A stretch of 64,000 nucleotides of DNA, from the IMG/VR virus record IMGVR_UViG_3300031578_000001. The stretch is one strand, 5' to 3'. This DNA is from a virus. A model generated the notes under the pieces. That model had not been told where the DNA came from. It saw nothing but the letters and a program-made list of their open reading frames with translations, and ran no database searches. Positions 37,201 through 46,339 of this stretch are shown here, in pieces; position 1 is the stretch's first letter; every line of letters starts with the position of its first letter. The translations under genes and the position numbers were made by a program.

Positions 37201-37844
37201 TAGTGATCCAGGAAGATGAACCTATCATCATGAGAGGGTGGAAGGTAGTCGGAACGCGGCCCATTGGACACTTCATGGCCCAGGAGCGAAGGCCCACTTT
37301 CGGTAGGACCAGAGAGTACAAGGATGGTATCGTGATCAAAGAATCGATGGCCAAGGCGTTCAACGACGAATTGGATAAAATCGCTGCTGATTACATCAAT
37401 CCCACGATCGCGAGATCCAATCCGACCGTGGCTGCACACCAGAATGCTATCCCAACGAAGATTAACCCGAAGCCGAAAAATCTGACGCCGACACCGGCAC
37501 CAGCACCTTCGAAGATAACACCTCCGAAGCCCAGACGGGCTTTCTTCGGCAAACCCGCGCTGATGGGTAGTGCGGCTATAGGGGGAGCCATGCTTCTCGG
37601 AAGTCACTTATTAAAGTCCGCGAGCGCTTTCATTGACGAGATCTCCAAGATCGCCAGGAAGATGCCCCATTTCACGGATCAGAACAGAGATCCTAAGGCC
37701 AAGGAGGTCTACCGGAGCCTGAAGCGGGAGCATCCCGGGTGGCCTGCTGGAAAGAAGGCGAGGATCGCCGAGGCTGCCGCGAACGAAGCGGGTATGGGGG
37801 CCGGTGATCAGCCTGGAGGCATCCGGTATTCCAGGAAGAAATGA
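37197..37844 (+). CDS. basic protein with two F-x-D-E-L/I-x-K-I-A motifs
   Basis: AFNDELDKIA and AFIDEISKIA. Confidence 0.7.
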   Translation: MIVIQEDEPIIMRGWKVVGTRPIGHFMAQERRPTFGRTREYKDGIVIKESMAKAFNDELDKIAADYINPTIARSNPTVAAHQNAIPTKINPKPKNLTPTPAPAPSKITPPKPRRAFFGKPALMGSAAIGGAMLLGSHLLKSASAFIDEISKIARKMPHFTDQNRDPKAKEVYRSLKREHPGWPAGKKARIAEAAANEAGMGAGDQPGGIRYSRKK

Positions 37845-38371
37845 GTATCGAAAAGAGAATTGAATCTGCATTCGTTGATGAGATCGAGAAGATCGGGATC
37901 TCGGCTTACGGTCTCGGACGCAGTCTTGGGTTATCAAAGAGTCAGATCTTCGGCTTAGCTAAGTCCAAGAATCAGCTCGAGGATGCGATCCTTCGGCTCA
38001 CAAGAGGGAAGAGGCCGAAACATATTCTCGAGAGGATTCCTCCTGGCATGGTGAGGACAAGAGCCGTGGTCAAGGGCATAGTCAACAAACTCAAAAAGGG
38101 AGGACCTACATCGTGGGCCATGGGCAAGGTGCTGGAGCGTCCGAGGAAGCGAGCCCTTGTGGGAGGTCTAATCGGAGGTTTGATTGGATTGCCAGCGCCT
38201 CCTGGAATCCCGGCGATGATGGTGCTGGCCCCTGGAGTGGCGACTGCTACGGAGCTTCCGAGGATCTTGAGATTAGGGAAGCAGCGCCAGAAGATGATCC
38301 TTCCCAAGATCATCCAGACGATCAAGGGCCTGCCGCAGCGGGTGACGCAGGCGATCAGGAAGAGGACATAG
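37841..38371 (+). CDS. basic protein with AFVDEIEKIG motif and hydrophobic segment
   Basis: ATGA-coupled. Confidence 0.7.
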   Translation: MSIEKRIESAFVDEIEKIGISAYGLGRSLGLSKSQIFGLAKSKNQLEDAILRLTRGKRPKHILERIPPGMVRTRAVVKGIVNKLKKGGPTSWAMGKVLERPRKRALVGGLIGGLIGLPAPPGIPAMMVLAPGVATATELPRILRLGKQRQKMILPKIIQTIKGLPQRVTQAIRKRT

Positions 38372-38384
38372 TCCGGAGACAATC

Positions 38385-40748
38385 ATGACGCAGCTCAGGC
38401 TCTTTTCGTTCCACGAGCAGGACACCTCGAGGGCGCACAATCAGAGGATCGCGAGCCTTTTGGCCCCAGGCGTCTACAAGGGATACAGGATCCGTCCGAA
38501 TGCCTCCGATCCATCCAAGCTCGACGTCACCCATGGGAACGATGGGACGTCCGTTCTCGTAACCGTGGAGGGCGTGAGGATCCAGGAGACGGCGGAGATC
38601 ACGGGAACGCTCCAGGTACAGAATGCGGACCCATCGAGGCTGCGCTATGACCTGGTCGTGGCCGAGTACCAATGGTCTCCGAACAACGCCATCCAGCAGA
38701 CCTACAAGGTGATCCGTGGAGGCTACGCCAGGAGTTCTTCGGACACCCCTCCGATCCCGGTCCAGCAGAGCATCTACCAGATCCCCCTGGCCATGATCCT
38801 GGTGAGGCCCCAGGTAGCCATCGGAGGGATCTTCCGTGTCGAGATTCAGGAGACGGACGTCTACCACATCAGGAAGGCGTCCGATCCAGGATCCGAGGAC
38901 ATTGGGACTCTCAAGCCAATCATCGACCCGGTGAACAATCTCAGGGTCTTCGTTTATTCCGGAGCCTTCCCGACCCTCGACGGTCTCAGTTTCATCCAGT
39001 TCGAAGGCGGGTACTCCGATGAGATTGACGATTCCCAGATGTCCGACGGGGAGACACGATACTTCCTCATCGGTGTGGGCGATGACAAGGGTGTCTCGAT
39101 CGCAGGGGAGAGTTCGACTCTCGACACAGTTCCGAATCTGGACTCCGATATTCTCCCCGTGGCCGTGGCCAAGGTGACGAAACGGGGAGGCTCCTCTTAT
39201 ATCGAGGACCTGGTGGACATCAGGTTCCCCTTCGCACGGAAGACGGTTCCGAGAGAGGAAGAGGACTTCTACCAGGATCAGGCGAACACGAGCGTCTTCA
39301 GGTATGTTAGGATCGACTCGTTCCGCGGAGAGGGTCTCATCAATCTTGCCACACTTCTACCCGCTGATGCGAACCTCAGCGCCGTGATCGATAGAGGAGA
39401 GACGAGTCTGAAGGTCTCATGGGACGGCTTGGGGCAGCCTACGGCTGATGTCACGATCAGCACGGAAGATCTTCTCGGAAACTCCGAGATCGACCAGGTT
39501 CGCCATATCATGATAACGGTGGACACGGACGTGGAGAACCTCACGTTCGACTATTCCTCCGTTTCCGGGTATCACGGCTTCAGCGGACGTGATTTTGAGC
39601 CGAATAAAATCATCGGTCTCGCAGACGGCGTGTCCCAGCTCTTCATCAGGTTCAAGATTCCGGCCTCGGAATTCGACGGTGGAGGCATCAAGAGGGTCTT
39701 CAGTTTCGCCGTGTTCATGATCCTCGATTACGAGATGCTTAACGAGAAGTCGCTAAGCGGTCTTGGCCTCGAGTCGGCGGCCTACTCGATCCCGAACCTA
39801 ATCCCAAACGGTGACTTCAGGATGTGGAGCAGAGCTACGGATTCCTCGTCAGCCTATCCGGACATCAACTCGAGGGATCTCATCTCTTACCAGATCAACA
39901 AGGATGACTTCGCGGATCGGAGGAACATTTTCGCCGGCGACGGATGGCAGTTCACTCGCCTCGAGTTCAACCCTAACGACGGCCTGATCTCGAGGATCCT
40001 CTGGAGCCGTGACGTAGTGGAGAGTCTCGACGAGAACACCATGGACACCGCGTTGAAGTGGACAGGCGAAGCGGGCACCGCGGGGCAGCAGAACTACTTG
40101 GAGTTCAGGACACTGGCACCCCAGGGATACGATGGCCAGTTCGTCACCTTCGCCTTCGACTACAAGTCCCAGCCCAGAGAGGCCGTGGGCATCCGGCTCG
40201 TCCTGTACGAGCGCGGAAGCGACGGATCGCTGGCAGTTCACGATGCCGTGGAGTCCGGACCTCTCAGGACGGAAGGGACGCTGATCATCAGCTCGAACAC
40301 GGCCCTGAACTCGAAGGTCTTCGCCATCGGATTCATCATCGTGTTCCAGCAGACCACGGGAATCTCCACGGTGTACGTGAAGAGCGCGAGAGCCGCGATC
40401 GGTCAATACTCGGTGCTTCCGTTCACGAGAAACACAGACGCGGACGACATGTGCTCCAAGTATTACGAGCGTGGACAACTCTTCGCATCATCGTCGGCAG
40501 AGGAGGGCGAGGAGGTAGGAGGAGCCGTCCAGTTCGCAACGAGGAAGCTCGTCGGACTCTCTGAGAACAACTCGATCGCAGGAGCCCTGGCAGAGGCTCT
40601 CTCGAGCAGCAGGAACGTGAACGCTTCGGGCCTGTCCCTCACGGCGACCGAGAGAGGGATCCTGGCGAGGGCCACAGCCGCGCAGACGGGGCTCGTGGTT
40701 ATCGACGTAGATTGGGAGGCCTCGGTGGTGTACTCTCCGGCCACGTAG
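38385..40748 (+). CDS. tail/baseplate protein with internal NLIPNGDF (CBM-like) domain
   Basis: 787 aa; N-terminal R.D.VV.....P baseplate-binding motif; NL..NG.F motif. Confidence 0.6.
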   Translation: MTQLRLFSFHEQDTSRAHNQRIASLLAPGVYKGYRIRPNASDPSKLDVTHGNDGTSVLVTVEGVRIQETAEITGTLQVQNADPSRLRYDLVVAEYQWSPNNAIQQTYKVIRGGYARSSSDTPPIPVQQSIYQIPLAMILVRPQVAIGGIFRVEIQETDVYHIRKASDPGSEDIGTLKPIIDPVNNLRVFVYSGAFPTLDGLSFIQFEGGYSDEIDDSQMSDGETRYFLIGVGDDKGVSIAGESSTLDTVPNLDSDILPVAVAKVTKRGGSSYIEDLVDIRFPFARKTVPREEEDFYQDQANTSVFRYVRIDSFRGEGLINLATLLPADANLSAVIDRGETSLKVSWDGLGQPTADVTISTEDLLGNSEIDQVRHIMITVDTDVENLTFDYSSVSGYHGFSGRDFEPNKIIGLADGVSQLFIRFKIPASEFDGGGIKRVFSFAVFMILDYEMLNEKSLSGLGLESAAYSIPNLIPNGDFRMWSRATDSSSAYPDINSRDLISYQINKDDFADRRNIFAGDGWQFTRLEFNPNDGLISRILWSRDVVESLDENTMDTALKWTGEAGTAGQQNYLEFRTLAPQGYDGQFVTFAFDYKSQPREAVGIRLVLYERGSDGSLAVHDAVESGPLRTEGTLIISSNTALNSKVFAIGFIIVFQQTTGISTVYVKSARAAIGQYSVLPFTRNTDADDMCSKYYERGQLFASSSAEEGEEVGGAVQFATRKLVGLSENNSIAGALAEALSSSRNVNASGLSLTATERGILARATAAQTGLVVIDVDWEASVVYSPAT

Positions 40749-40778
40749 TACCTAACTGATGGGTACGAGGAGGAACGG

Positions 40779-41435
40779 ATGTCTTTGATGGTCCAGGTCA
40801 GGAGGAACGGAATCCCGGTTCCGGGCCTCTTCATGAAGCGGGGCACCGAAGGTGACGTCTTTCGGTTCGTTGGAGCCGAGACGGGCCATGCTCAGATCAT
40901 CAGGATCCAGGACAATACGGTTCTTCCGGATGGGAGGAACAGGGTCACGGTAGGTCCGAATCACACAGCCCCTAACAACACGCCCCAGTACATAGACTTC
41001 GTCCTGGGGTTCAGGTACTTTGTGGGTCTTCACCAGCTGGACGTGGGCGTTGTGGGACTTCCCAGAGGAACCGTACAGCCCATTGTCGCGAGAGAGGTCA
41101 TAGACAGGGCGAGACAGGACTGGGCTGGTTGGGCGAACCCTCCGTACAACTTGGAGCTCGATCCGGATGGGGTGTTCGTCACCTATTTCCAGGAGACGGC
41201 CCCGGACGTGGTTCGTGTCGTGAACCCGTGGCGGGCTGCCATCTTCATATTCTCCGTTCCTCATACTTCTCTTCAGACCGTGTCCAAGAACCGGATCACG
41301 GTCGAGAACCAAGGGGACAACAGGGCCATCGAACTCCTGGGAGAGAACGACGGCATCGTATTCAAAGCGCCCAACGGGCTCAGGGGTCTTCTCAGGATCG
41401 ACAACAATCTCCATCTGGGGGTAGATCCGGTCTGA
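40779..41435 (+). CDS. tail-associated structural protein
   Basis: 218 aa; AGGAGG SD. Confidence 0.6.
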   Translation: MSLMVQVRRNGIPVPGLFMKRGTEGDVFRFVGAETGHAQIIRIQDNTVLPDGRNRVTVGPNHTAPNNTPQYIDFVLGFRYFVGLHQLDVGVVGLPRGTVQPIVAREVIDRARQDWAGWANPPYNLELDPDGVFVTYFQETAPDVVRVVNPWRAAIFIFSVPHTSLQTVSKNRITVENQGDNRAIELLGENDGIVFKAPNGLRGLLRIDNNLHLGVDPV

Positions 41436-42430
41436 TGCGTTATACTGACGTCTATAACACGGTGAACCTTGTGCGAAATGGAGGGCTCGACTTCCTCAAG
41501 TCCCTCAATGAAATCCCTCCGTTCTGGAAGATGCAGGGAGCGGAGCCCAATGCAATCCCTCCCGTGAATTCATTCAGTATCGTAACGGGGCATGTTCCGG
41601 AATCGGAGAATGGGGCTGCGCGGTACTTCAGGTTCGTCCTGTCCTCGTCATCGCCCGTCATCCTCCAGCAGGAGTTTATCGACATCAATCCCCAGATGAC
41701 GTTCTGTCCGATGGGGTCCTATCCATGGCAGACGTATGGGGACCGTCTCAGCAACGATAGGTATCCCATTTACGAATACACCCTGATCAGAGGCATCGAA
41801 ATCTCGATCGCTGCGAGCATCCGCGTGGTAAAGGGCAGTGCGAAGATCAGCCTGTCCAACAGGTTCAAGGCGGCCAATGAGGAAGAGATAGAGGTCTACG
41901 CAGCCCTGGCATCGAAGGACTGGGTCAGGCCTTCGACCGTGGTGGATCTCAGGGGTCGGATGTTGAAGACGCTCGGCATCAAGATGGAGCGTATCGGAAT
42001 GGGCGACGTGGCCGAGATCCATGTGGGCGCGGTGACCATGATCACGGGATCCACGTCGGATGTGCCCTACGTTGGTGATCCGATGGCAGACGCAATTCCG
42101 AAGGGAGCCATCGTGTTCATGTTCGGAGATGCGTGTCCTCCCGGATTCGATCTCGTGGAACTTCCTGCGCCGGCCAAGCACGGGAGGATCTTTCCGAGGG
42201 AGGGAGCTCCATCTCTTGATGTTGGTGGGGATGAGACGCACGTTCACGACACGGCAGAGATGGTCATGAGTCCGGAAGATGGATGGCTCACCCTTGATTT
42301 GATCCCGACACCCTTCGGCCAGAACTATGGGACGCCGGCCGACAGTGGAGAGGACGTCCATACCCATGATATGGGCAGTGGTGATCATGTTCCGCCGTCG
42401 AAAGACGTTATTCTCTGTAAGAGACTCTAA
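41435..42430 (+). CDS. receptor-binding/tail-collar protein, paralog 1
   Basis: TGATG-coupled start; NLVRNGG; IPKGAIVFMFGDACPPGF collar motif; HxH repeats; ends VILCKRL. Confidence 0.65.
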   Translation: MRYTDVYNTVNLVRNGGLDFLKSLNEIPPFWKMQGAEPNAIPPVNSFSIVTGHVPESENGAARYFRFVLSSSSPVILQQEFIDINPQMTFCPMGSYPWQTYGDRLSNDRYPIYEYTLIRGIEISIAASIRVVKGSAKISLSNRFKAANEEEIEVYAALASKDWVRPSTVVDLRGRMLKTLGIKMERIGMGDVAEIHVGAVTMITGSTSDVPYVGDPMADAIPKGAIVFMFGDACPPGFDLVELPAPAKHGRIFPREGAPSLDVGGDETHVHDTAEMVMSPEDGWLTLDLIPTPFGQNYGTPADSGEDVHTHDMGSGDHVPPSKDVILCKRL

Positions 42431-44673
42431 TGACCCAGAAGATCGAGAGCGCGTTTTCCAGGGTGGCGAACGGGAACTTCTCCCATGGTACCGCGTACTG
42501 GGAGTCCGTGCTCGCTGGCGATCTGCGTATCCGTACATCAGGGGGCGAGAGCACGGCTCCGAGCCACGAGCTCTATTCAAGATACTGGCTCGAGGCCAGG
42601 GGCCATTTCCAGCACGTCATCCAGTACAAAGATTTTCCTATCTATCCGGCTGCCTCTCGTTTCGACACGGCGGTAGTCCCCGTCGCTCCGAACCTGTACC
42701 TGCTGGCGGCGCAGCCGAATCCCGGAATCGAAGCGATCCGACTTCAGCCGTTCGGAGTCTTCAACCCAGTCGGGCCGCCGATCGCCATGAAGAGAGGATC
42801 GAAGATCCTCGTGGGTTCTCCTTCCGGCGACCACGATCTCGAGACCCGGATCAACAGAGTTCTTAAAGTAACCGAGAAGATCTACAGCCAGACTCCTTAC
42901 CTCACGGAGGTGCTGGTCAATATTTCCGGCTCAGGCATGCCAAAGATCTTCAAGCAGGCGATGAGCAGTTACAAGAGGCCGATCAGCAACAACCTATTCT
43001 CGGTCAGGATAGACAGGACGGCCATAGACAGCGCCATTCGTCCCGACGGAACTGTCGGTGTAAGGGTGGGAGACTACTTCGTGGCCAGGGATCCTCTTTG
43101 TTCCGGCAGGATATCGGGCATTACGGCCACGGAGATCTTCGTTGTCAAGGATACCAGTCTTCACAGGCTCCCTCTTCTGACTGTTTTCGATAAGCCGATC
43201 AGAGACTGGTACATCGTCCCGGGATATAACACGACCATGTTCCGGGAAGGCGAGTTCATCCAATACGATCTGACGCTGGCCTTCGACGTCGCCGGAATAA
43301 ATAACATCTACAGTGTTTTCATCAAGTTCTACGACGAAATATATTCGGGTACTAACGGCGCCCTGTTCCCCGTGAGAGTCAATCCTGGAGAGTCGATTCC
43401 TAAATTCTGGTATGAGAAACAGATTGGAAACGTCAAAAGGTTTTTCATGCGATTCTTCGGGGAGTACGAGGCTCCGATCATCCACGATAAAGCTGTGATC
43501 GAGTTCACTCAGATCTTTGACAATGCGGAGACTCTCGTCGGAAACGTGGTTCTTCTCCGTGGAAACTACATAGACCGGCTCAAGAAGGAAGACACCAGTC
43601 CCACGGCCGAGGTGGTCGATCTTCTCGAGTCACCGATCAACGTGGAATCGAACATCATTCCCAAGGGTACGATTTTCGCCTACGTGGGAGGATCCGTGTG
43701 TCCTCCAGGATATGAAAGAGCCGAGGGCGTGGGCCGGTTCGAAGCCGGGTCCTTGAAGGATCTTGATGGTCTCAGACTCGACTTCGGTGAAGGACCTGGA
43801 TGGTATGGGACCTCGGCTATCCACTGGGACAGAGGCGGGGATCTCGTCAACGGGACCTTTCGTGACCCAACGCATCTGAGGCCCATGACGATCTTTGGCA
43901 TCAACGAATTTGGTCGAGAGAGCGTCGGAAAGTCCTATCCATATCAGGTATCTTCCAGATACGTACCTGTTACTCCTTTCCGGTATACCACCGGATCCAA
44001 CGCGAATCTCCTGGCCTACAGAGATGGGATCGGAGGGGATCCGAGCCCGATTCTCGTGACGGAGGAGTATCTGAGGACGGACGTGGTTCCGGGCGACATT
44101 GTCGAATTCTACAACGAATCGAAACACTACTCGGTGTGCGCTCTCATCGTCCAAGTGGTCGCTGGGGAGTTTGTCACGCACATCCAGGAAGGAGTGCCTC
44201 CCGACATCTTCAACGGTGATCCGGACCTATATCGTGCGAGGCGGCAAGTAGGGGCCGGTATCCCGAGGAACTCGGTGTACCAGGGATACGGAATGTTCGG
44301 GCCGTTCGCCTTCATCCGCGAGCCTCAGACTTTCGTGGAACTCTACGGCGACTTCCAAGAGGTTATCATCAATGCGGCTATCGATCACGCGAAGATGAGG
44401 ATCTGGAAGAGCGGTACGATCGCGCATGCCCAGAGGATCCCCGAGGCTCAGATTACCGGACCTCTCGGAGGCTACGGCTACTTCGGAGAGCCCCATACCC
44501 ACGTCATGAAGCAGAGCCATGACATCTCCACCTATGGTGACGTGGGGCACTCGAGTCAGGGAGCATTCATCACGACTCCTCTCAAGATTCCGTATACTCA
44601 CACGCATAGATCCTTGTTCGGAGCCGTTACGATTCCGAGGATTCGTCCCGTGCTCCTCTGTCAGAAGATCTGA
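42430..44673 (+). CDS. receptor-binding/tail-collar protein, paralog 2
   Basis: VANGNFSH; IPKGTIFAYVGGSVCPPGY; HTH motifs; ends VLLCQKI. Confidence 0.7.
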   Translation: MTQKIESAFSRVANGNFSHGTAYWESVLAGDLRIRTSGGESTAPSHELYSRYWLEARGHFQHVIQYKDFPIYPAASRFDTAVVPVAPNLYLLAAQPNPGIEAIRLQPFGVFNPVGPPIAMKRGSKILVGSPSGDHDLETRINRVLKVTEKIYSQTPYLTEVLVNISGSGMPKIFKQAMSSYKRPISNNLFSVRIDRTAIDSAIRPDGTVGVRVGDYFVARDPLCSGRISGITATEIFVVKDTSLHRLPLLTVFDKPIRDWYIVPGYNTTMFREGEFIQYDLTLAFDVAGINNIYSVFIKFYDEIYSGTNGALFPVRVNPGESIPKFWYEKQIGNVKRFFMRFFGEYEAPIIHDKAVIEFTQIFDNAETLVGNVVLLRGNYIDRLKKEDTSPTAEVVDLLESPINVESNIIPKGTIFAYVGGSVCPPGYERAEGVGRFEAGSLKDLDGLRLDFGEGPGWYGTSAIHWDRGGDLVNGTFRDPTHLRPMTIFGINEFGRESVGKSYPYQVSSRYVPVTPFRYTTGSNANLLAYRDGIGGDPSPILVTEEYLRTDVVPGDIVEFYNESKHYSVCALIVQVVAGEFVTHIQEGVPPDIFNGDPDLYRARRQVGAGIPRNSVYQGYGMFGPFAFIREPQTFVELYGDFQEVIINAAIDHAKMRIWKSGTIAHAQRIPEAQITGPLGGYGYFGEPHTHVMKQSHDISTYGDVGHSSQGAFITTPLKIPYTHTHRSLFGAVTIPRIRPVLLCQKI

Positions 44674-45902
44674 TGGCAACGAACGACTACACACGACTGG
44701 CGCTCAGGCCCATGGCCATCAACCGGTTGAAGAACGGTAACTTCAACCGTACGCCCCGGCAGCATACTATCACCGACAATTACAATGTGTCGGCCTACGC
44801 CACGGCTGGGATCACGCGCACGTTCCGTACCAGATACAAGTACGACTCCCAGATGGTCATCGATGGTGCGACGTTGCAGAATCGCGTTACGATCCCAGGA
44901 TTCCATGTCCTTGCGCAGAAACCCGCCGAGACCTTCATCTCTGATTGGTTCGTATGGGGAGCGGAGGGAGTCATCAGCTTCGACGAGCGTGGTAGATCCA
45001 TGGACGACGGAGCGAGAGCCGATCTCGAGTTTCTCGCGCCAGGAGATGTCACGTTCCTTCAGTCGATCGAGAGCTTCGATAAGTTCAGGGGCAAGCCCGT
45101 GACCCTCGCCGTCTCAGGTTACCAGAGGAACCGGAACGTGAAGGTCCAGTTCGTGATCGACTGCGGATCCAAGGTGATCGAAGGACGTCCCTTCCATTCC
45201 AGATACTTCGGTCCGTACACCAGGATGATTGACGTCTTTGAGTCGATTCCCCTGGACATTTCGAAGTTCGAGGTCATGCTCAAGATGACCGGAGGCCAGG
45301 GCGGTTCGGTAGGCTTGTCCGGGATCATGATGGCCATAGGAGCCTACGCTTCGGACCTCCCTTATTCGGATAACCCATCCGACGTGGCAGTTCCGAGCGG
45401 GGCCGTGATTCTCTGGCTCGGAGACACGTGACCTCCAGGCTACCGCCCCCTCGTAGAGGATGGCACGTCACTTCACGCGTTCATCGGGGATCCCAACGCT
45501 TTCTTTGGCAACACTGGGTACAGCCAGATGCGCGGCATTCCCACGGCGATCTATAATCTGAGGCCGGATTTTCCTCCTTCTGGTTCGCGAAATCTCGAGG
45601 TGGGGAGCAACGAGCATAGTCACGAGTCCGGTAACAGGTGGGAGATTCAACCCTCCGGTCTCAAGGAGGAGACGGACAGGTTCAAGACGCCTATCATCGC
45701 TGACAAGCAGGTCCCTATGAGGGAAGTGGCTGCTGCCGCGGCCCAAGGAGATCCACCGGATCCGAATGCCACCAATCCGGTTCCGCCCTACGAGGGACTG
45801 ATTTCGGAAGCGTTGCCCATAGAACATGCGCACGAGATCAAGCTGGGTCAGGAAGACATTCAGATCCCGTACGTCAAGGTCAGGATATGCGAGAAGATCT
45901 AA
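44673..45902 (+). CDS. receptor-binding/tail-collar protein, paralog 3, with an in-frame TGA at codon 253 (45429-45431)
   Basis: LKNGNFN; VPSGAVILWLGDT*PPGY; the frame continues to HSH/HAH motifs and ends VRICEKI, like its paralogs. Confidence 0.7.
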
Positions 45903-46339
45903 TACCGAGGAAGGATCAGAATCCGATCCTATTGTATTCGCCCACATGTCCTTACTGCGGTAAGACACTCGAACCTGTGATCGAATTTTTCCTATCGAGA
46001 GGTATACTTCTAATAGTCCGGCGCCCAATGAAGGAGGAGATCGACAGGATCCCAGGATATCCGGCTCTCTACATTCCGAAGGCGTACTCGGAGCCGATCA
46101 TCCTCTTTGGTACCGGTATTGTAGAGACACTCGAGAAGCTTCCTGAGTTGGCGAATTATTATGGACCCTCTCTCCATCATTACGAAGAACATTCCGATCG
46201 CGCTGGTGGCCCAGGCATACAGCGAGCAACTCCAAGCGGTGGGAGGAGTACCGCCGTACACGTGGAGCTTGGACTCAGGAGCGTTACCATCGGGGGTGTC
46301 ACTATCGCCCAGCGGGATCCTGGATGCTGCGGCGGGTAA
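45887..46339 (+). CDS. glutaredoxin/thioredoxin-like protein (CPYC)
   Basis: ILLYSPTCPYC...IPGYPALYI (cis-Pro motif). The C-terminal tail overlaps the next gene by ~180 nt. Confidence 0.5.
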   Translation: MREDLIPRKDQNPILLYSPTCPYCGKTLEPVIEFFLSRGILLIVRRPMKEEIDRIPGYPALYIPKAYSEPIILFGTGIVETLEKLPELANYYGPSLHHYEEHSDRAGGPGIQRATPSGGRSTAVHVELGLRSVTIGGVTIAQRDPGCCGG

